Source: Callorhinchus milii
Lineage: Eukaryota
DNA length: 64,000 bases
Direction of reading: 5' to 3'
NCBI RefSeq assembly: GCF_018977255.1
Contig: NW_024704743.1
Location: 98,520,001 to 98,584,000, forward strand
Positions 49,891-63,510 of this stretch are shown here, one piece after another. Position numbers and translations under genes: made by a program. How positions within the stretch are numbered: position 1 is the first letter of the stretch; the number at the start of each line of letters is the position of its first letter. The notes below the pieces were generated by a model. It ran no database searches. It was not told the DNA's origin and saw only the letters and a list, made by a program, of their open reading frames with translations.

Positions 49891-52694
49891 GTGAATAATT
49901 GTGAACGAGTGAATAAAAAGTGATATTAATGGTCCTTATTCATGATGCACCATTATACAGTGTAAGATTATGATAATACTTGAAGGTGAATACCTTAATA
50001 TTTTGGCTGTTCACATTTTCTTCACATTTATATGCAAATAGTATGCAAGCACAGCAAATAACTTTCATCTCTGTTTCCTTAATAGTGCATCCTCCCTTAG
50101 AACTAACATCGTTCTCATATGAGGAGTCAGATGCAGCTTTGAAGTGTGAAACATCCAATCTCTTTTGCATGAAAATTTAGCCATTAGGTCAGAACCTAAA
50201 TAATTGATCAAAACATTATGTGCGTTCACATGTACAAGACGCAGTCATCAAATGAAAGCATACAGTATTTAAAAAGATTAAATTATATCTGAATAGTACA
50301 GATAAGCAAATGTTGACAATGATGGTAAGGCCAGCACTTGCATTTTTGACTTCCAATTCTGACATGTAAATGAACAACTCATTTTCACAATGTTCTATGT
50401 TAATGAAGGTTTGCACAGGTTGCTCAAAGTGATTTGTCTAATGATTTGAAGATGCATATTCACAAATCTGGGCATTCAGTTTCATATAAATTGATACTTG
50501 ACATACCCATAATTACCATAATCCTTCATAAAATCTTACATACAAAATATGTGATGTGCTATTTTGGTCGCAATGGACATGCTTGATTTTATGATCCATA
50601 AGAGAACAAATAAATTAGGACATCTCAAAAACAAATTCATATATTAAAAAAAATTAAATACTTAGCTCTTATGATATTAGTCCTTTAAATGCATTTTAAA
50701 CGCATTTTATAAAATTAAGGACATTTACTTTTAGTGCTGAATACTTTACTTTTATTGAAATGTGCTGTGCAAGTCTAGACAGTCGGTGTTTTGCTGAAAT
50801 GACAATCCTGAATAAGATATGGACCTTGTATTCATAATAGCCGAGTAGTGTTTTATGCAGATACAAATTACACAGATCAATGGTAAATTTACAGCCACAG
50901 TCAAGGTTACTACACAGTCTTTAGCCAAGTTTTGAATTATGCACACTGTAGTAGGAAGAAAGTAAAACAGATATAGCTTAAAGATTTTGGAACTCAAATT
51001 AAGGTACAATGTCAGTTCCCAATTTCACACAATATTTTGATCAAGGAGAATAAATACACCAAGTCTGTAATTAGATTTATGCTAATGGAAAAGTAAAGTT
51101 CATGAATCACTGGTTTCTAATAAAAGAAACATACACAAAACCAAAGATGGCCAAAGGAGCATTGTTTTGCCAAATTTCATAATAAAATTCACAAAATAAT
51201 AGTAATAACAGTAATCCTAATAATATAATCTCAAAGCACTTCACACAATTTACTGTAAACTTTGTTCACAAAGTATTGTATATTTATTCTCCTTGATCAA
51301 AATGTCCTGTGAAATTAAATGCATAGAATAATATGCTAGTGTAATTCCACTTTTCAGGAGGCTTTCTCCCACCTTAAAATCACAAAATAATAATAAATAA
51401 TCCTTTCATTTGATATTGTGCCTCATCACGTCACTGAGATATCCCAAAACACTTCACAGGCAAATGTATAGACTGACACCAATGTTTAATGACGTTTAAT
51501 GAAATCTTACTAATTAAGGTTATACTACACTATAGGAAAAACTGTTGAGGTCTGAAGGTTTCTAGAATTAGATATATATTCCACTTATAGAGCAGCATTG
51601 TTAACTGAGAGAATTTGCTGAAAACCATTAGAATTGTAAAAAGGTAGAAATTCAGACAGCCTTCTGAATCAAAGCTGAGGTCGGAAAAGAAAAAAATGTT
51701 TTTTTGCTCCTAACATGTCAGCTGACAATTCACTAACATTTCCTATTGCGTAAAGTACACTATTTTCCATTTAGCAGAATATTCTAAATATTCCCCTGGA
51801 AGTAGGCAAATGATACAAATAAAATAGATGGGAAACACAATTCAAATAAAATTTCAATGTCAAGTAGTTTACAGTCAATTTTATCATGCATGTATTTCTT
51901 TCGAAACAGCTGCTTCCATTTAAAATGCTAAAATTATTTCCCTTTATTAAGTGTGTCGAATGCCACAAGCTTTGCTTTGCAAATGTGATACATTTGTTGA
52001 ATTACCTTGGCTAATTTGCTGCAGCTAAACATGAACAAAATGTTTGGCAAGCAGTATTATGTCATGAATAATGTATCCTATTGGCATACCAGTTGAGCAT
52101 TAAAAAAACAAGATGCATTAATGCATTGTATTCCATTTGACACGAGCAATAGTGCAACGAGAACACAATCATCATACCCTGGCTATATTTCTAGTTTTTT
52201 GCTTTTGTTTTTCTATTCTGCTTGGGAAAAAAGTTATTCTAAATAGGTCTGTCAAGTAAAACCCAACTATAAACAATAGTCATGTTGATTTTACACTACA
52301 TTTGCATGCTTCTCAAAATGCAATTACTTAGTGCGAAAGCTCTTCAAGTTTATTAAGCTGTAACTGTTCTAATGAACAGTCTAGTTTTTACAATAAGATA
52401 CAAATGAAAACAGAAGTTTATAATTGGCATACTTAAAGGAGCCAGATGTGATCCTGATACAAAAGAAAACAGATATTTCCGAAGCTGCCTTGACATTTAG
52501 AGGAAAGGTGCTGAAAATATCCCATGAAATCTTTAACTCCTTCCACTACGATTTGTAAAGAAGCAACATTACAATAACAACAAATTACATTTATATAGCG
52601 GGTTTCATGTTGGGAGGACGTCCCAAGATGCTGGACAGTCAAGGATTTGGACCCGAGGTGGGGGTGGGGGGGGATTGGGATCAGGATGGGTGGA

Positions 52695-52850
52695 GTTCAC
52701 TCAACTCTCCCTCCCACTCGCACTCTGACCTTCCCATCCATGGACTCCTCCGCTGTTCCAATGAGCCACAGTGCAAGCTCGGGGAACAGCAACTCATTTA
52801 TCTGCTAGGGACCTTACAACCATCAAGCTGATTTCAACAATTTCAGATCA
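52695..52850 (+). mobile_element. Penelope-like element fragment (GIY-YIG C-terminus)
   Basis: NSPSHSHSDL.I.GLL.CSNE.Q.KL.EQ.LIY.LGTLQP resembles the recalled end of fish and shark Penelope-like ORFs. It abuts a minus-strand L2 tail at 52575-52690. Confidence 0.65.
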
Positions 52851-53473
52851 TAACAGATTACCTTCCCTCACCCCCCCCCCCCTTATGTGACCATTGCCAC
52901 ATCATCTGGGTCCTAGACACACCTTTTCTCTCTCTGGTTTGTCTATTTTGTTGCATTTTTTTCCCCGCTTTGTTTTGCATTATTAACACCTCTATTCCTC
53001 TGTTTTGTTGCAATCCCCACACGACTTCCGTTTTTGTATTACCAATCAATGTATACAAAGCCCATTCTTGCTCAGCACCACACAAGCACAACTTCACATC
53101 ACTCAGGTCACTTGAAACTTGAAAATTCATGCCATAAAGAAAATTCAGATGTTATGATCCGGCTACCAAATATTTTAATAGCTACAAATTTGTATCCAGA
53201 CAATAAATAATATAGATATACTATGATAATACATTCTTGGCTCAAAGGATGCTAATATGTGAAAGTGAAGTTTTGCTTTTGGATTCTTTGCTGTCCACTG
53301 ACACACAAATACACACACAATGCTTTTCCACTTTTGATTTTCCAAATAACATCCATGTTCTCTTCCTCAAGAATAGGGCACTAATATGAAGAATCACTGA
53401 CGGAGACCACCTTTTCTTTTACTGCAATTCTACTAGAATTCTCTTAGCAATCCATAAAAGTGCAAGAGGTTAC

Positions 53474-53570
53474 CAGTCTAGCACAGAGGAGAGCAATCAC
53501 TAAGTGTAACATAAAGGCTTATTAATCTAAGTTCAAATTCTTACCTGTATATAAAAAAAAGGCATTACAG
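53474..53570 (-). promoter_or_regulatory. Candidate recursive splice site (3'ss abutting a 5'ss) with putative RS-exon
   Basis: Minus strand: ctgtaatgcc, T-run, atatacag|GTAAGA (junction 53545/53544). Alternative donor CTG|gtaacc lies 71 nt downstream. Confidence 0.35.
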
Positions 53571-53711
53571 TTGTTTTTCACCAAAGAAAATGACAGATTA
53601 AGCAAGGTACAAATTATTACTATTCAGCTGTCAGAAAGCAATAAAGGACAATTCACTACTCCATAAAATAGGTGGCAAATATAGCAACCCAGCATGGCTA
53701 GGAGGAAACTA

Positions 53712-55086
53712 ACAACAAGAAGATTACTTACATTTGTATAGCACCTTTCACATCGGGAGGACGTCCCAAGCGCTGGACAGTGTACAGCATTTCAGACCCA
53801 AGCTGGGGTCAGGGGGGAGAAGGGAGGGTAGGGGAAAGGGGGTGGCTGATGGCATGGTCGAAGAGGAAGGTCTTGAGACGGGACTTGAAAGAGGCTAAGG
53901 AGGGGGCGAGGCAGAGTGATTGGGGGATGGAATTCCAAAAGTTGGGGGCAGAGTGGCTGAAGGTTCTCCTCCCAATGGTGGGGCGGGTGGGTCGGGGAAC
54001 GTGGAGCAGGCCAGAGCCGGCTGAGCGGAGGGAACTGGGTATTGGTAGGGGGTTAGGAGGTCGCAGAGGTAGGGTGGGGCGAGGCCATGGAGGACTTTGT
54101 ATGTGAGGACCAGGATCTTGAACTGGATCCTCTGAAGGATAGGGAGCCAATGGAGTCGGGCGAGAATGGGGGAGATGGGGTCACGGAGTTTGGTGCAGGA
54201 GAGGACATGGGCTGCAGAGTTCTGGATTATCTGCAGCCTGTGGAGGGAGGAGTTGGGAAGGCCGACAAGCAGGGCGTTTGCATAGTCGATCTTGGAAGTG
54301 ATGAAGGCATGGACAAGAGTTTCAGCGGCCTGAGAAGTGAGGTACTGGTGGAGTCGGCCGATGTTACGGAGGTGAGGGAAGGCAGAGTGGGTCATGCCTT
54401 GGATGTGGGAAAGAAAAGACTATTGAGGGTCAAACAAGACAACAACAACATCTTGGATTTATATAGCACCCTCCACGCCAGACGGCGTCTCAGAGCATTT
54501 TACAGTAACGGATCCCGGGTCCGAGCCAGGGGAAGGGGGAAGAAGGTGACCAAAGAAAGGTCTTCAGCAGAGACCTGAAAATGGGAATGGAGGGAGCGAG
54601 ACGAAAGGAGTGAGGAAGGCAGTTCCAGAGTCTCAGGTCATAGTGGCTGAAGGCACGGCCCCCGAGGGTGAAGCGGAGGACTCGGGGGACGAGGAGGAGG
54701 CCAGACCCGGAAGAACGAAGGCAACGGGTACTGTTTTGAGGAGAGAGGAGGTCAGAGAGGTAGGGAGGTACAGAGGAGTGCAGGGACTTGAATACAAGGG
54801 TGAGGATCTTGAAATCGATCATCTTTGGGATAGGCAGCCAGTGCAGTCTGGCAAGGACTGGGGTCTGGCAAGGCACCTAGGTTCCTGACTGACTTGGTGA
54901 GTTGTAGTGTGCAACCATGGAGGTTGATGCTGCCGGAGCCTGAGGTGCTGAGGCGCTGGCGAAAGCCAATCAGGAGGGCCTCAGTCTTGTTCACATTCAA
55001 CTGTAGGAAGTTTGCCCTCATCCAGGACTTGTTGTCCGACAGGCAGTCTGTCAGGACAGCAGTGGTCCTGGAGTTGAGGGTGGACT
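53712..55086 (-). mobile_element. L2 family C, 5'-truncated, interrupted by the family B insertion
   Basis: NFLQLNVNKTE...RNLG (54875-55086) continues as VLFDPQ...SKIDYAN...FKSRLKTFLF (53800-54435). Confidence 0.88.
54436..54872 (-). mobile_element. L2 family B 3' fragment nested in another L2
   Basis: High similarity to 46790-47220, including the same tail. Confidence 0.88.
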
Positions 55087-56496
55087 AAGTCTTACAGATA
55101 GATATTCCAGCAATTTAAAGATATCTGCTTCACATATCTACTTAGGCAAAGTAAAGGAGATTACTCAAGGAACTATATTCCAACTCAAATCAGTACCATC
55201 AGGAAAGGAAGGAGTGGAGAAAGTTAAATAAAAAAGGAATAAGAACATTTAAAAAAAAAGCTATTGTCTGACACCACATCATGACAATCTTTAAAGCATT
55301 GATCTTTCATACAAAGCACGTACTTTGGCCCAGGTTCCTTACCTTACTTCTAAGATTACATTGAGAACACAACACTTTTTTTAAAAAAATGCAAAAGTTG
55401 TAGTTTCTTCGGCAGAGAATAAATTTAAAAATTGCAAAAAGTTCAGAGAAGAAAGCTGATAATAAATGCTTTGCATATTATGTTTACGTCTTTATATCAG
55501 TCAAACCAAAACGAGCAGAATACTTTCATGGCAGTAAAGAATAAAACTTTTCAATTACAGTGACATCTGATAACACCTAATGTCTTAATATCTTTAGGGG
55601 ATACAAAACAAAGCTTACGTGCCTCTGTGTATCATTATAAATAATTATTTGCTCATTTGATCAAAATTAACAATTAAATATACCAAATCTAACCAGTTCA
55701 GAACGATAACTGAAAAGGATAGCTGTAACAGCAAAAGGGAAGATGCCATGGTCACTATATAGAGACAATTGTAATCTTAAAACTAAAATAGGAATTTCCA
55801 ACTGCTGCACAACTTTTAAAGATGTTGTTATAGGTGTAGGAAATTAAGAAAGGCTAAAGAAAATCATAAGATACAAATATCAGGAACGAGAAAAGACTAA
55901 ATCAGATCCCTAAAGACTCTTCAAACTCTAACTCTCACTGTGATATCAAATTGTTTTTGAACAACCACAATATTTTTGGGTTGATTACTTTATTTGGTAG
56001 ATTATTTCAACAATTTGCAATTCTCCAATAATCAGAATAGTCACCACAGTTTACAGTAAAATCCTATGAAGCACTTTGAGATATGTTATCAAATGATGGA
56101 GCACCACATTAAATGCAAGGCTTATTACTTAAACATAAAAAGAACATGAGAAATTTCAGTACCCAAGAAGTAAAGTGCATTGATCAAGGGTGAAAACAAA
56201 GTAATTTGAGATGGGTAATGAACAATCTTTTCACAATGCAACATGTGAAGTAAACAGAATGCAAGGATAGTGATATCATTATAAATTGAATATGGACACA
56301 GTGCAGCTCCTCACATAAAATATTAATTGGCTACAGTGCTATCCAAAAACCTTCTCTGATCAGTTCTATTCTAACTTTAATACAATAATTACACTTTTAC
56401 ATTGATATAGCATATTTCATGTTGGAAGATTGTGACCAATACTATATTATATTAGCTATTTTATCTCTGCATTTCGGACTTACTTTCTCTCTCTCT

Positions 56497-56797
56497 ATAA
56501 TAATACTCCTTGCATTTGATACAGCACTTTTCACGCCTTCTCAAAGCGCTTCAGAATAGACTGTAAAGTGAATTGACCGCATATTTGTAGACGAAACGCA
56601 GCAACCAATTCCGCACAGGAGTGTCCCACAAACAGTCGTGGATTGAAAATGACCAATTTATTATTGCTTTGTTTTTTGGAGGGATTATTATTAGGCGTGT
56701 GGAGTAAGGAAACTTGCCCAAGGTTTCGCCCTGCCTGGAATTGAATCCTGATGTCTCGCTTGCAAGGCGAGTGCTCTAACCACTGAGCTACAGGACC
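56497..56797 (-). mobile_element. tRNA-derived SINE, short form
   Basis: Same head and body as 44980-45312; small deletion in the stem-loop. Confidence 0.9.
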
Positions 56798-57210
56798 CTA
56801 CTTACAAACTTTAATTACAAACTTTTTTTTTTAAAAAGTACACATTTCAACATGTTGTAGAATTCTAGTTTGGGTGCTTTCATACTGTGACATTCTATCT
56901 TAGTTGGGCAAGATTATGAAGAGATCTGCAGGTTAGGATGAAGAACTTGAAATTCATCCAGTGGGCAACTGTGGAGATTGGTGAAGATGAGAATAATGGG
57001 TGTGTGAGATCTGGTGCACAAGAAGGAACGCTGGAGCTATAGCTGAATTCATGCTTTGAGGGGAGCTAGGAATGTCACAGAGCTTTGGAGAAATCTAGTC
57101 TCAAGGTGACAAAACATGCATGGTAGTTTTGTTTAATTTGAGGTTGAGATAGGGATGGAAGCAAACAAAATTCAAAGGTAGATGAAGGAGGAACATGTGA
57201 AGGAGGAACA

Positions 57211-57275
57211 TCAGCGCCTTGGGACGTCCTCCTGACGTGAAAGGCGCTTTATAAATGGAATCTTGTTGTTGTTGT
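57211..57275 (+). mobile_element. Tail-only L2 family A insertion
   Basis: CAGCGCCTTGGGACGTCCTCCTGACGTGAAAGGCGC...(TTG)n, matching the family A 3' end. Confidence 0.85.
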
Positions 57276-57449
57276 GTCGTGTTTGAAGAACTGAAAGGTA
57301 GGATGGTGAACCTCTTTGAATGAGGTGAGCTCAATGTCTTGCTTTTTCACTTTAATGTGTAAGTTTGAAGTGCCCAGATTACCACAAAACTCACTACTAA
57401 ACAGAGTTCAACCTTGGGTCCTTCTGGACTTCGAGGAGCAATTAGATTA

Positions 57450-57897
57450 ACTGGGTATGCTCATACTGCAAAAGGGAAGGTTGAGGAGCAATGTGATTAT
57501 AGTCTTTAAGATTCTGAAGGGAATAGGCAATGATGACAAGCTCTTTTATCTTGCACCAAACAGTAGGACCGGAGGACACAGCCTACGATTAAGGGGGTTC
57601 CAGCGGATTGGGACGTCCTCCGACGTGAAAGGCGCTCTATAAATGTAATTTTGTTGTTGTTAAATTCAGAACAAATCCGCAAAAGCACTACTTCAGTGGG
57701 AGAGGAGTAAACTTATGGAACAGGCTCCCTAGAGAGAGACAGTGGAAGCAGAAAATGTCATTTGTTTCAAGAACAAATTAGAAAATAATATCTCAGTATA
57801 TAGTTTGGGATATGACTTGTCAAGTGACTGCAAGGATGGTGGAAGGTGAACTAGATGGACCTTGGTCTTCTTTCACCTAGCAAATTCTGATGTTCTT
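57450..57897 (+). mobile_element. CR1 LINE 3' fragment split by an L2 tail at about 57597-57661
   Basis: KGRLRSNVIIVFKILKG...NSRTGGHSLRLRG | KFRTN.QKHYFS..GVNLWNRLP; CR1-type 3' end. Confidence 0.82.
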
Positions 57898-57930
57898 CTC
57901 AGAGGATTTATGCCACAAGACATTACAGTT

Positions 57931-58278
57931 ATAATAATAATAATTCTTACATTTGATTTAGCGCTTATCACGTCTTCAAGACGTCTCAAAGCGGTTCACT
58001 GAATATACTGTAAAGTGAATTGACTGCATATTGTGTGGGTGAAACATGGCAGCCAATTGGACAGCAGTGTCCCACAAGCAGTCGTGGATTGAGTGACCAA
58101 ATTATTATTATTATAATAAGCGATCCACCAATTGACCAACTACCGGGGTCCTAATTACTGCAAGGTGAACAGAGGCATGTGGAGCAAGGAAACTCATCAA
58201 ACTTTTCATCCTGCTCAATAATCAAACCCAGGTCTTCTTGCTTGTGAGGCGAATGCTTTAACCACTAAGCTACAGACT
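57931..58278 (-). mobile_element. tRNA-derived SINE, long form
   Basis: Complete but diverged copy. Confidence 0.85.
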
Positions 58279-59959
58279 CTACATTATCTGTAGCTCTCCC
58301 TCTAGTCTCCTTTATCAACCTTCTAAATACTACAGTTCTTTCAGTTTGGATTATCAGCAAGGCTTGTTGACCATGTTAAGAGTGCTAAATGGACTATTAT
58401 TTGGAGGAAGAGGGCTTCTTGCAGTCTGCCTCCTGTTTTAACATCATAGAAGACAGTTGTCCACCCCTCCTTATCTGAGCAGGGAATTATTGCAACTTAA
58501 ATGTGAAGAACTAATTATACTGTGGGCTTGTCAATATCAAATAATGAAATATTTATCTTGAAAATCATATAATGAAAATATACATGGGCATGTGGGGATT
58601 CCCCAGTGGGACAGGCCAGCTTCCAAAGGTCAGTCTTGGTTGATTGACAAGGAGATGAAGGTTCAGTGGATTTAAAAAGTATTTCTGCAGACAAAACTGC
58701 TTCTCTCTGGGACACAGGAATGGGGCAAGACACACGTTTGTGGTGACTGTGCCTCTACATATGGTCTGAGTTGGTTAGTTGGCTTTGTGTTAATTTACTT
58801 GGTCCACAACTAAGGCTGCTATTGACTTTTATTTCAGGAACACACCTTTGCCATCCACAGTTAATATTGTGTTGGATGGTACAGAATCAGTATCCTACCA
58901 AGTCATGGAGCCAATTACTCATTGTAAATGGTTTTAGCTTTGAACACTATCATTAATGAATCTATTGAGGGAATACAAATCTAATCAGGTTTCATTGAAA
59001 AATCCTGAACATTGGCTCAAGCAAAAATGTGACAGTTTAAAATGATTGTACTAAAACGCACAGTGCACTACGTGGAACAATGTTCCGTGTCCATTCTAGC
59101 CACAAGCAATTGTTTTTAAAATAAAATGTCTGTGCCCTTATTCCTTGCCCATTTGCAAGATCTCAGTTCTCAACTAGTTCATCAATTGCAATGAAGAACT
59201 ATAGCAGCAGGAAAATGCTGATCTGGTGTTTAGCAACTCAATAAATTACTGATCGATAAAATTTGTTGACTGTGATAACATTTTCTTTTGACCTGCAGAA
59301 CAAGATGTCTGTCTAATCTGAATATAAATGGACAATTTGTCAGTGTTATGTCTTGATTCCCAATGAACTATGCGTGGCTTGCAATTCATGTCGGCTGCAA
59401 ATTGTGCAATTACAAAGAAAAGTTAAAAGACTATAGATAGTGGCATTCTGAATCAATTATTTAAAAACTGGAATACATTCTACTCTAATGTGTCATATTT
59501 CTCAGTATGATAGTGACAGCTTTGTGAATAGAAAACCAACAAATACTAAAACAACCTTTCTTCCCACTACAAAATCAGAGCTGGGTTTGCTGATTGGAGA
59601 TTCAGTGTGCTGCATTTATCATTAAAAAATATGGTTAAGCGATTCAAACATGAACTAAGCTGCACTGCTGAAATACAATTTCTTTTTGGCCTCATGTCTG
59701 TTTTCAAGCTTGTGAAACAGTCCTTGAACTATGTAGACATTTTGATCAATATCGCAGAATTTCTGATTTGAATGTAGAAATCCAAGAAAAAATTGTTCTC
59801 TCACAGATGGCAGTTATGAAGGATAATATATTCTTAAACATTAAAAATCCAATATTTATTAATCAAAACAGTAGAATATAATCTATGGCTAATGAACAAA
59901 CAAGCATATAACCAAAGTCGAGTACGTAGCATTCAACAGACAAATTTAATTACTTCCAA

Positions 59960-60225
59960 GGTAGTCTACGCAACTCTCTAAGCGCTACACTTCCCAACTC
60001 TTATCTCCACAAGCTTCAGATCATCCAGAAGTCACTCCCCCTCGTCCCCTCCTTAGCCTCCTTCAAGTCCCGCCTCAAGACCCTCTTCTTCGACCATGCC
60101 ATTGGCCACCCCCTTTCACCTCCCATCCCCCCGACCCCAGCTCGGGTCTGAAATGCTGTACATTGTCAAGCGCCTTGGGACTCCTCCCGACGTGAAAGGC
60201 ACTATACAAATGTAATCTTGTTGGT
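59960..60225 (+). mobile_element. L2 family C 3' fragment with internal deletion
   Basis: HKLQIIQ joined to SFKSRLKTLFF, followed by stem-loop and tail. Confidence 0.8.
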
Positions 60226-60770
60226 GTTGCACAGAAGTGGGAATAGCACACACACCAAAAATATGACAAAGTGGGTGAAATTCAGGATTTGTGCTTTCCT
60301 CAGATCAATCATGTACCTGGCACAACTCCAGCACTGTGTGGACGATGCAGAATGAAGAAATTAATTGAAATGGTCCAATATGCTGAAGTAAGGAAGAAAG
60401 AGATTTTGATGGATTGGATAAAAACAGAAAAATGTCATTTTAGAGAGAAACAGATTTTCAGATGGTAGTGTTCAAGACTCAAATTCAACTGGTCATACTG
60501 AACACATTGGTTCTGTAGATTTATGGACTGAGGCAAAATATAAGGTCCTAAGACAAGTGCCAAAACATTACAGCAGATTTACAAAACACTGAGAATTATT
60601 ACGAAGGCACAGTAATGACGTAATTGAAAGGCTATACATAAAAGTCACATTGTGAAACACAGAAATAAAATATATCGATTACATACACCATTATCGACCA
60701 TTGTACCTTTCCAGTTTGTATTAAAATGTACTATATGGTAAAATTAGTCAGATAAAATCAACACTGGTAA

Positions 60771-61083
60771 TAATAATAATCATCCTTGCATTTGATACAG
60801 CGTTTTTCACGTCGGGAGGACGTCCCAAAGCGCTTCACAGAATAGACTGTGAAGTGAATTGACTGTATATTTGTGGGCGAATGCGGCAGCCAATTGCGCA
60901 CAGCAATGTTCCACAAACAGTCGTAGATTGAAAATGACCAATTTATTATTGTTTTGTTTTGGAGGGATTATTATTAGGTGTGTGGAGTAAGGAAACTTGC
61001 CCAAGGTTTCGCCCTGCCTGGAATTGAACTCAGGTCTCTCGCTTGCAAAGCGAGTGCTCTAACCACTGAGCTACAGGACTCCA
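60771..61083 (-). mobile_element. tRNA-derived SINE, short young form, full length
   Basis: Reverse complement is nearly identical to 44980-45312. Confidence 0.92.
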
Positions 61084-61254
61084 CGCAATAGGAAAATATG
61101 AATATAAACTAGGAGTTCTGGTGGGGAGGGGGTGGGGAATGAATTTGTTTTCATTATTGGCTTCACCATCATGTTCCTGAGTGTATCAAATCCTAATAAG
61201 TTGCCAGGTACAACTATCAGCAAAAGAATGACAGTAATGGATAAGTTACAGCTA

Positions 61255-61572
<318 letters not shown>

Positions 61573-61819
61573 TCAAAGTCTTATTTGTTAATTCACATCA
61601 ATTAAAGAAAAAAATGCAAGCACCTAAGAAAAGATGGGTCATTTCATTAGCCCCATCATCTGTTACAGAACATAAGCCAAAAAGTCATTTTTTTTGTACA
61701 GAATCTATTTGTTACAGCCTTTGTGCATAAATCCAAATAAATAAATGAACACAAACCTAATTTTATTGCATATAAACAAATAACAGTAGCAATACGGACT
61801 TTCTCATTCCATCAGGATT

Positions 61820-61985
61820 CTTTTCAATCCATAACTGTCTGTGGGACACTGCTGTGCATAATTGGCTACCGCGTTTCACCCGCAAAATATACATTCAATT
61901 CACTTTACAGTATATTCTGTGAAGCACTTTGAGATATCTCAAAGACGTAAAAAGGTACCGTATCAAACGCAAGGATTATTATTTT
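61820..61985 (+). mobile_element. SINE 3' fragment
   Basis: CTGTGGGACACTGCTGTGCATAATTGGCT...GCAAGGATTATT. Confidence 0.85.
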
Positions 61986-62509
61986 TTATTCATTTCATTT
62001 GTGATTTCTCTTAAATTCAAAGTAACTGAACTGATTTTTTTAAAATCTACCAACAGCTTCTCCTCCTGCCCTCATATCATCATGTGTGGCATTCCTCAGG
62101 ACTCTATCTTTGGTCCTCTCCTCTATTATTTACATGCTCCCGCTTGGTGACATCATCCACATGCATGGGGTTAATTTCCATCATGTATGAGGATGACGCC
62201 CAACTCTTTCTCTCTGACTCCACCGTAGACTCCAGGTCCTTTACTGTTATGGCTGATAGTTGATCAGACATCAAGTCCTGGATGAGAGACGAGTTTCTCC
62301 AGTTGACCGTTGATAAGACCTAGGCCCTGTTGCTTGGCTCCCGTCAGCGCCGCCACACCTCAGGTGCTGACAGCATCACCATACATTGATGCACTCTTCA
62401 CCTCACTGAGCCAGTATGGAATCTTGATGTCCTTTTCGATGCTCAACTATCCTTTAAACCACACATCCATGCTATGACCCGTAAAATCCTCATCCTCACT
62501 TTTAAAGCT

Positions 62510-63309
62510 GTTTTGTTCGACCCTGAGCTGTCCTTTCTCCCTCACATCCGCACCACAACTGGCACCGCCTTCCATCACCTCCGGAACATCGCCAGACTAC
62601 GGCATTACCTCACCCCTCACGCTGCTGAAACCCTGGTTCACGCCTTTGTCACCTCAAGGCTGGACTATGGGAACTCTCTCCTCGCCGGCCTTCCCGCCAC
62701 CTCCCTCCACAAGCTGCAGGTCATTCAGAACTCTGCAGCTCGTGTACTGTCCCGCACCAGGCTTCGCGACCACATCACTTCTACCCTCGCTCGCCTCCAC
62801 TGGCTCCCCATCCCCCAGAGGATTGATTTCAAGATCCTCATCCTCACCTACAAGGCCATTCACGGCCTTGCTCCCTCCTACCTCTCCAACCTACTATCCC
62901 CCTACTTACCTGCCCGTACCCTCCGTTCCTCTGGCTCCAGTCTGCTCCACGTCCCCCGCCCCAACCGCCCTACCATCGGTGGTCGGGCCTTCGGCCTCTC
63001 AGCCCCCGGGCTCTGGAACTCCATCCCCCAGTGCTTTCGCCGCTTCCTCCCTCTCCTCCTTCAAGGCCGGTCTCAAAATCTTTCTCTTTGACTGTGCCTT
63101 CAGCTCCCCTCTCGACTCTCTTCCCCCTCCTCGCTTCCTCCCTTCCCTCCCCTCACCCTGACCATTTGCCCCCTCCTCGCTCCCTCCCTTCCCTCCCCTC
63201 ACCCTGGCCGTTTCCCCCCTGCTCGGGTCGTGACCCAACTGTGCAGCGCCTTGGGACGTCCTCCTGACGTGAAAGGCGCTTTATAAATGGAATCTTGTTG
63301 TTGTTGTTG
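62510..63309 (+). mobile_element. L2-clade LINE, family A, 5'-truncated, nested in an older L2
   Basis: Near-identical to 21089-21940; two 3' UTR units; (TTG)n tail. Confidence 0.94.
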
Positions 63310-63339
63310 TCCACGGCCTTGCTCCTCCCTACCTCTGCG

Positions 63340-63510
63340 ATAAGAACATAAGAAATGCTAGACGAAAAAAGACCAAGGTCCATCTAGTTCGCCTTCCGCT
63401 TTCCTGGTGGTCAAATGCACATATGTCCCAAACTACCTATGTACTATATCCCATAATGTTATTTCCTCAAAGAAAACTATCTAATCTGCATTGGAAAGAA
63501 TCAACACTTG
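63340..63510 (-). mobile_element. CR1 3' end
   Basis: ATAAGAACATAAGAA terminal repeat; reverse complement matches 57840-57897. A similar copy lies at 8163-8280. Confidence 0.75.

Noticed and set aside
52850..53100. Hammerhead ribozyme downstream of the Penelope-like fragment
   Set aside because: No CTGANGA...GAAA core with flanking stems found by eye.
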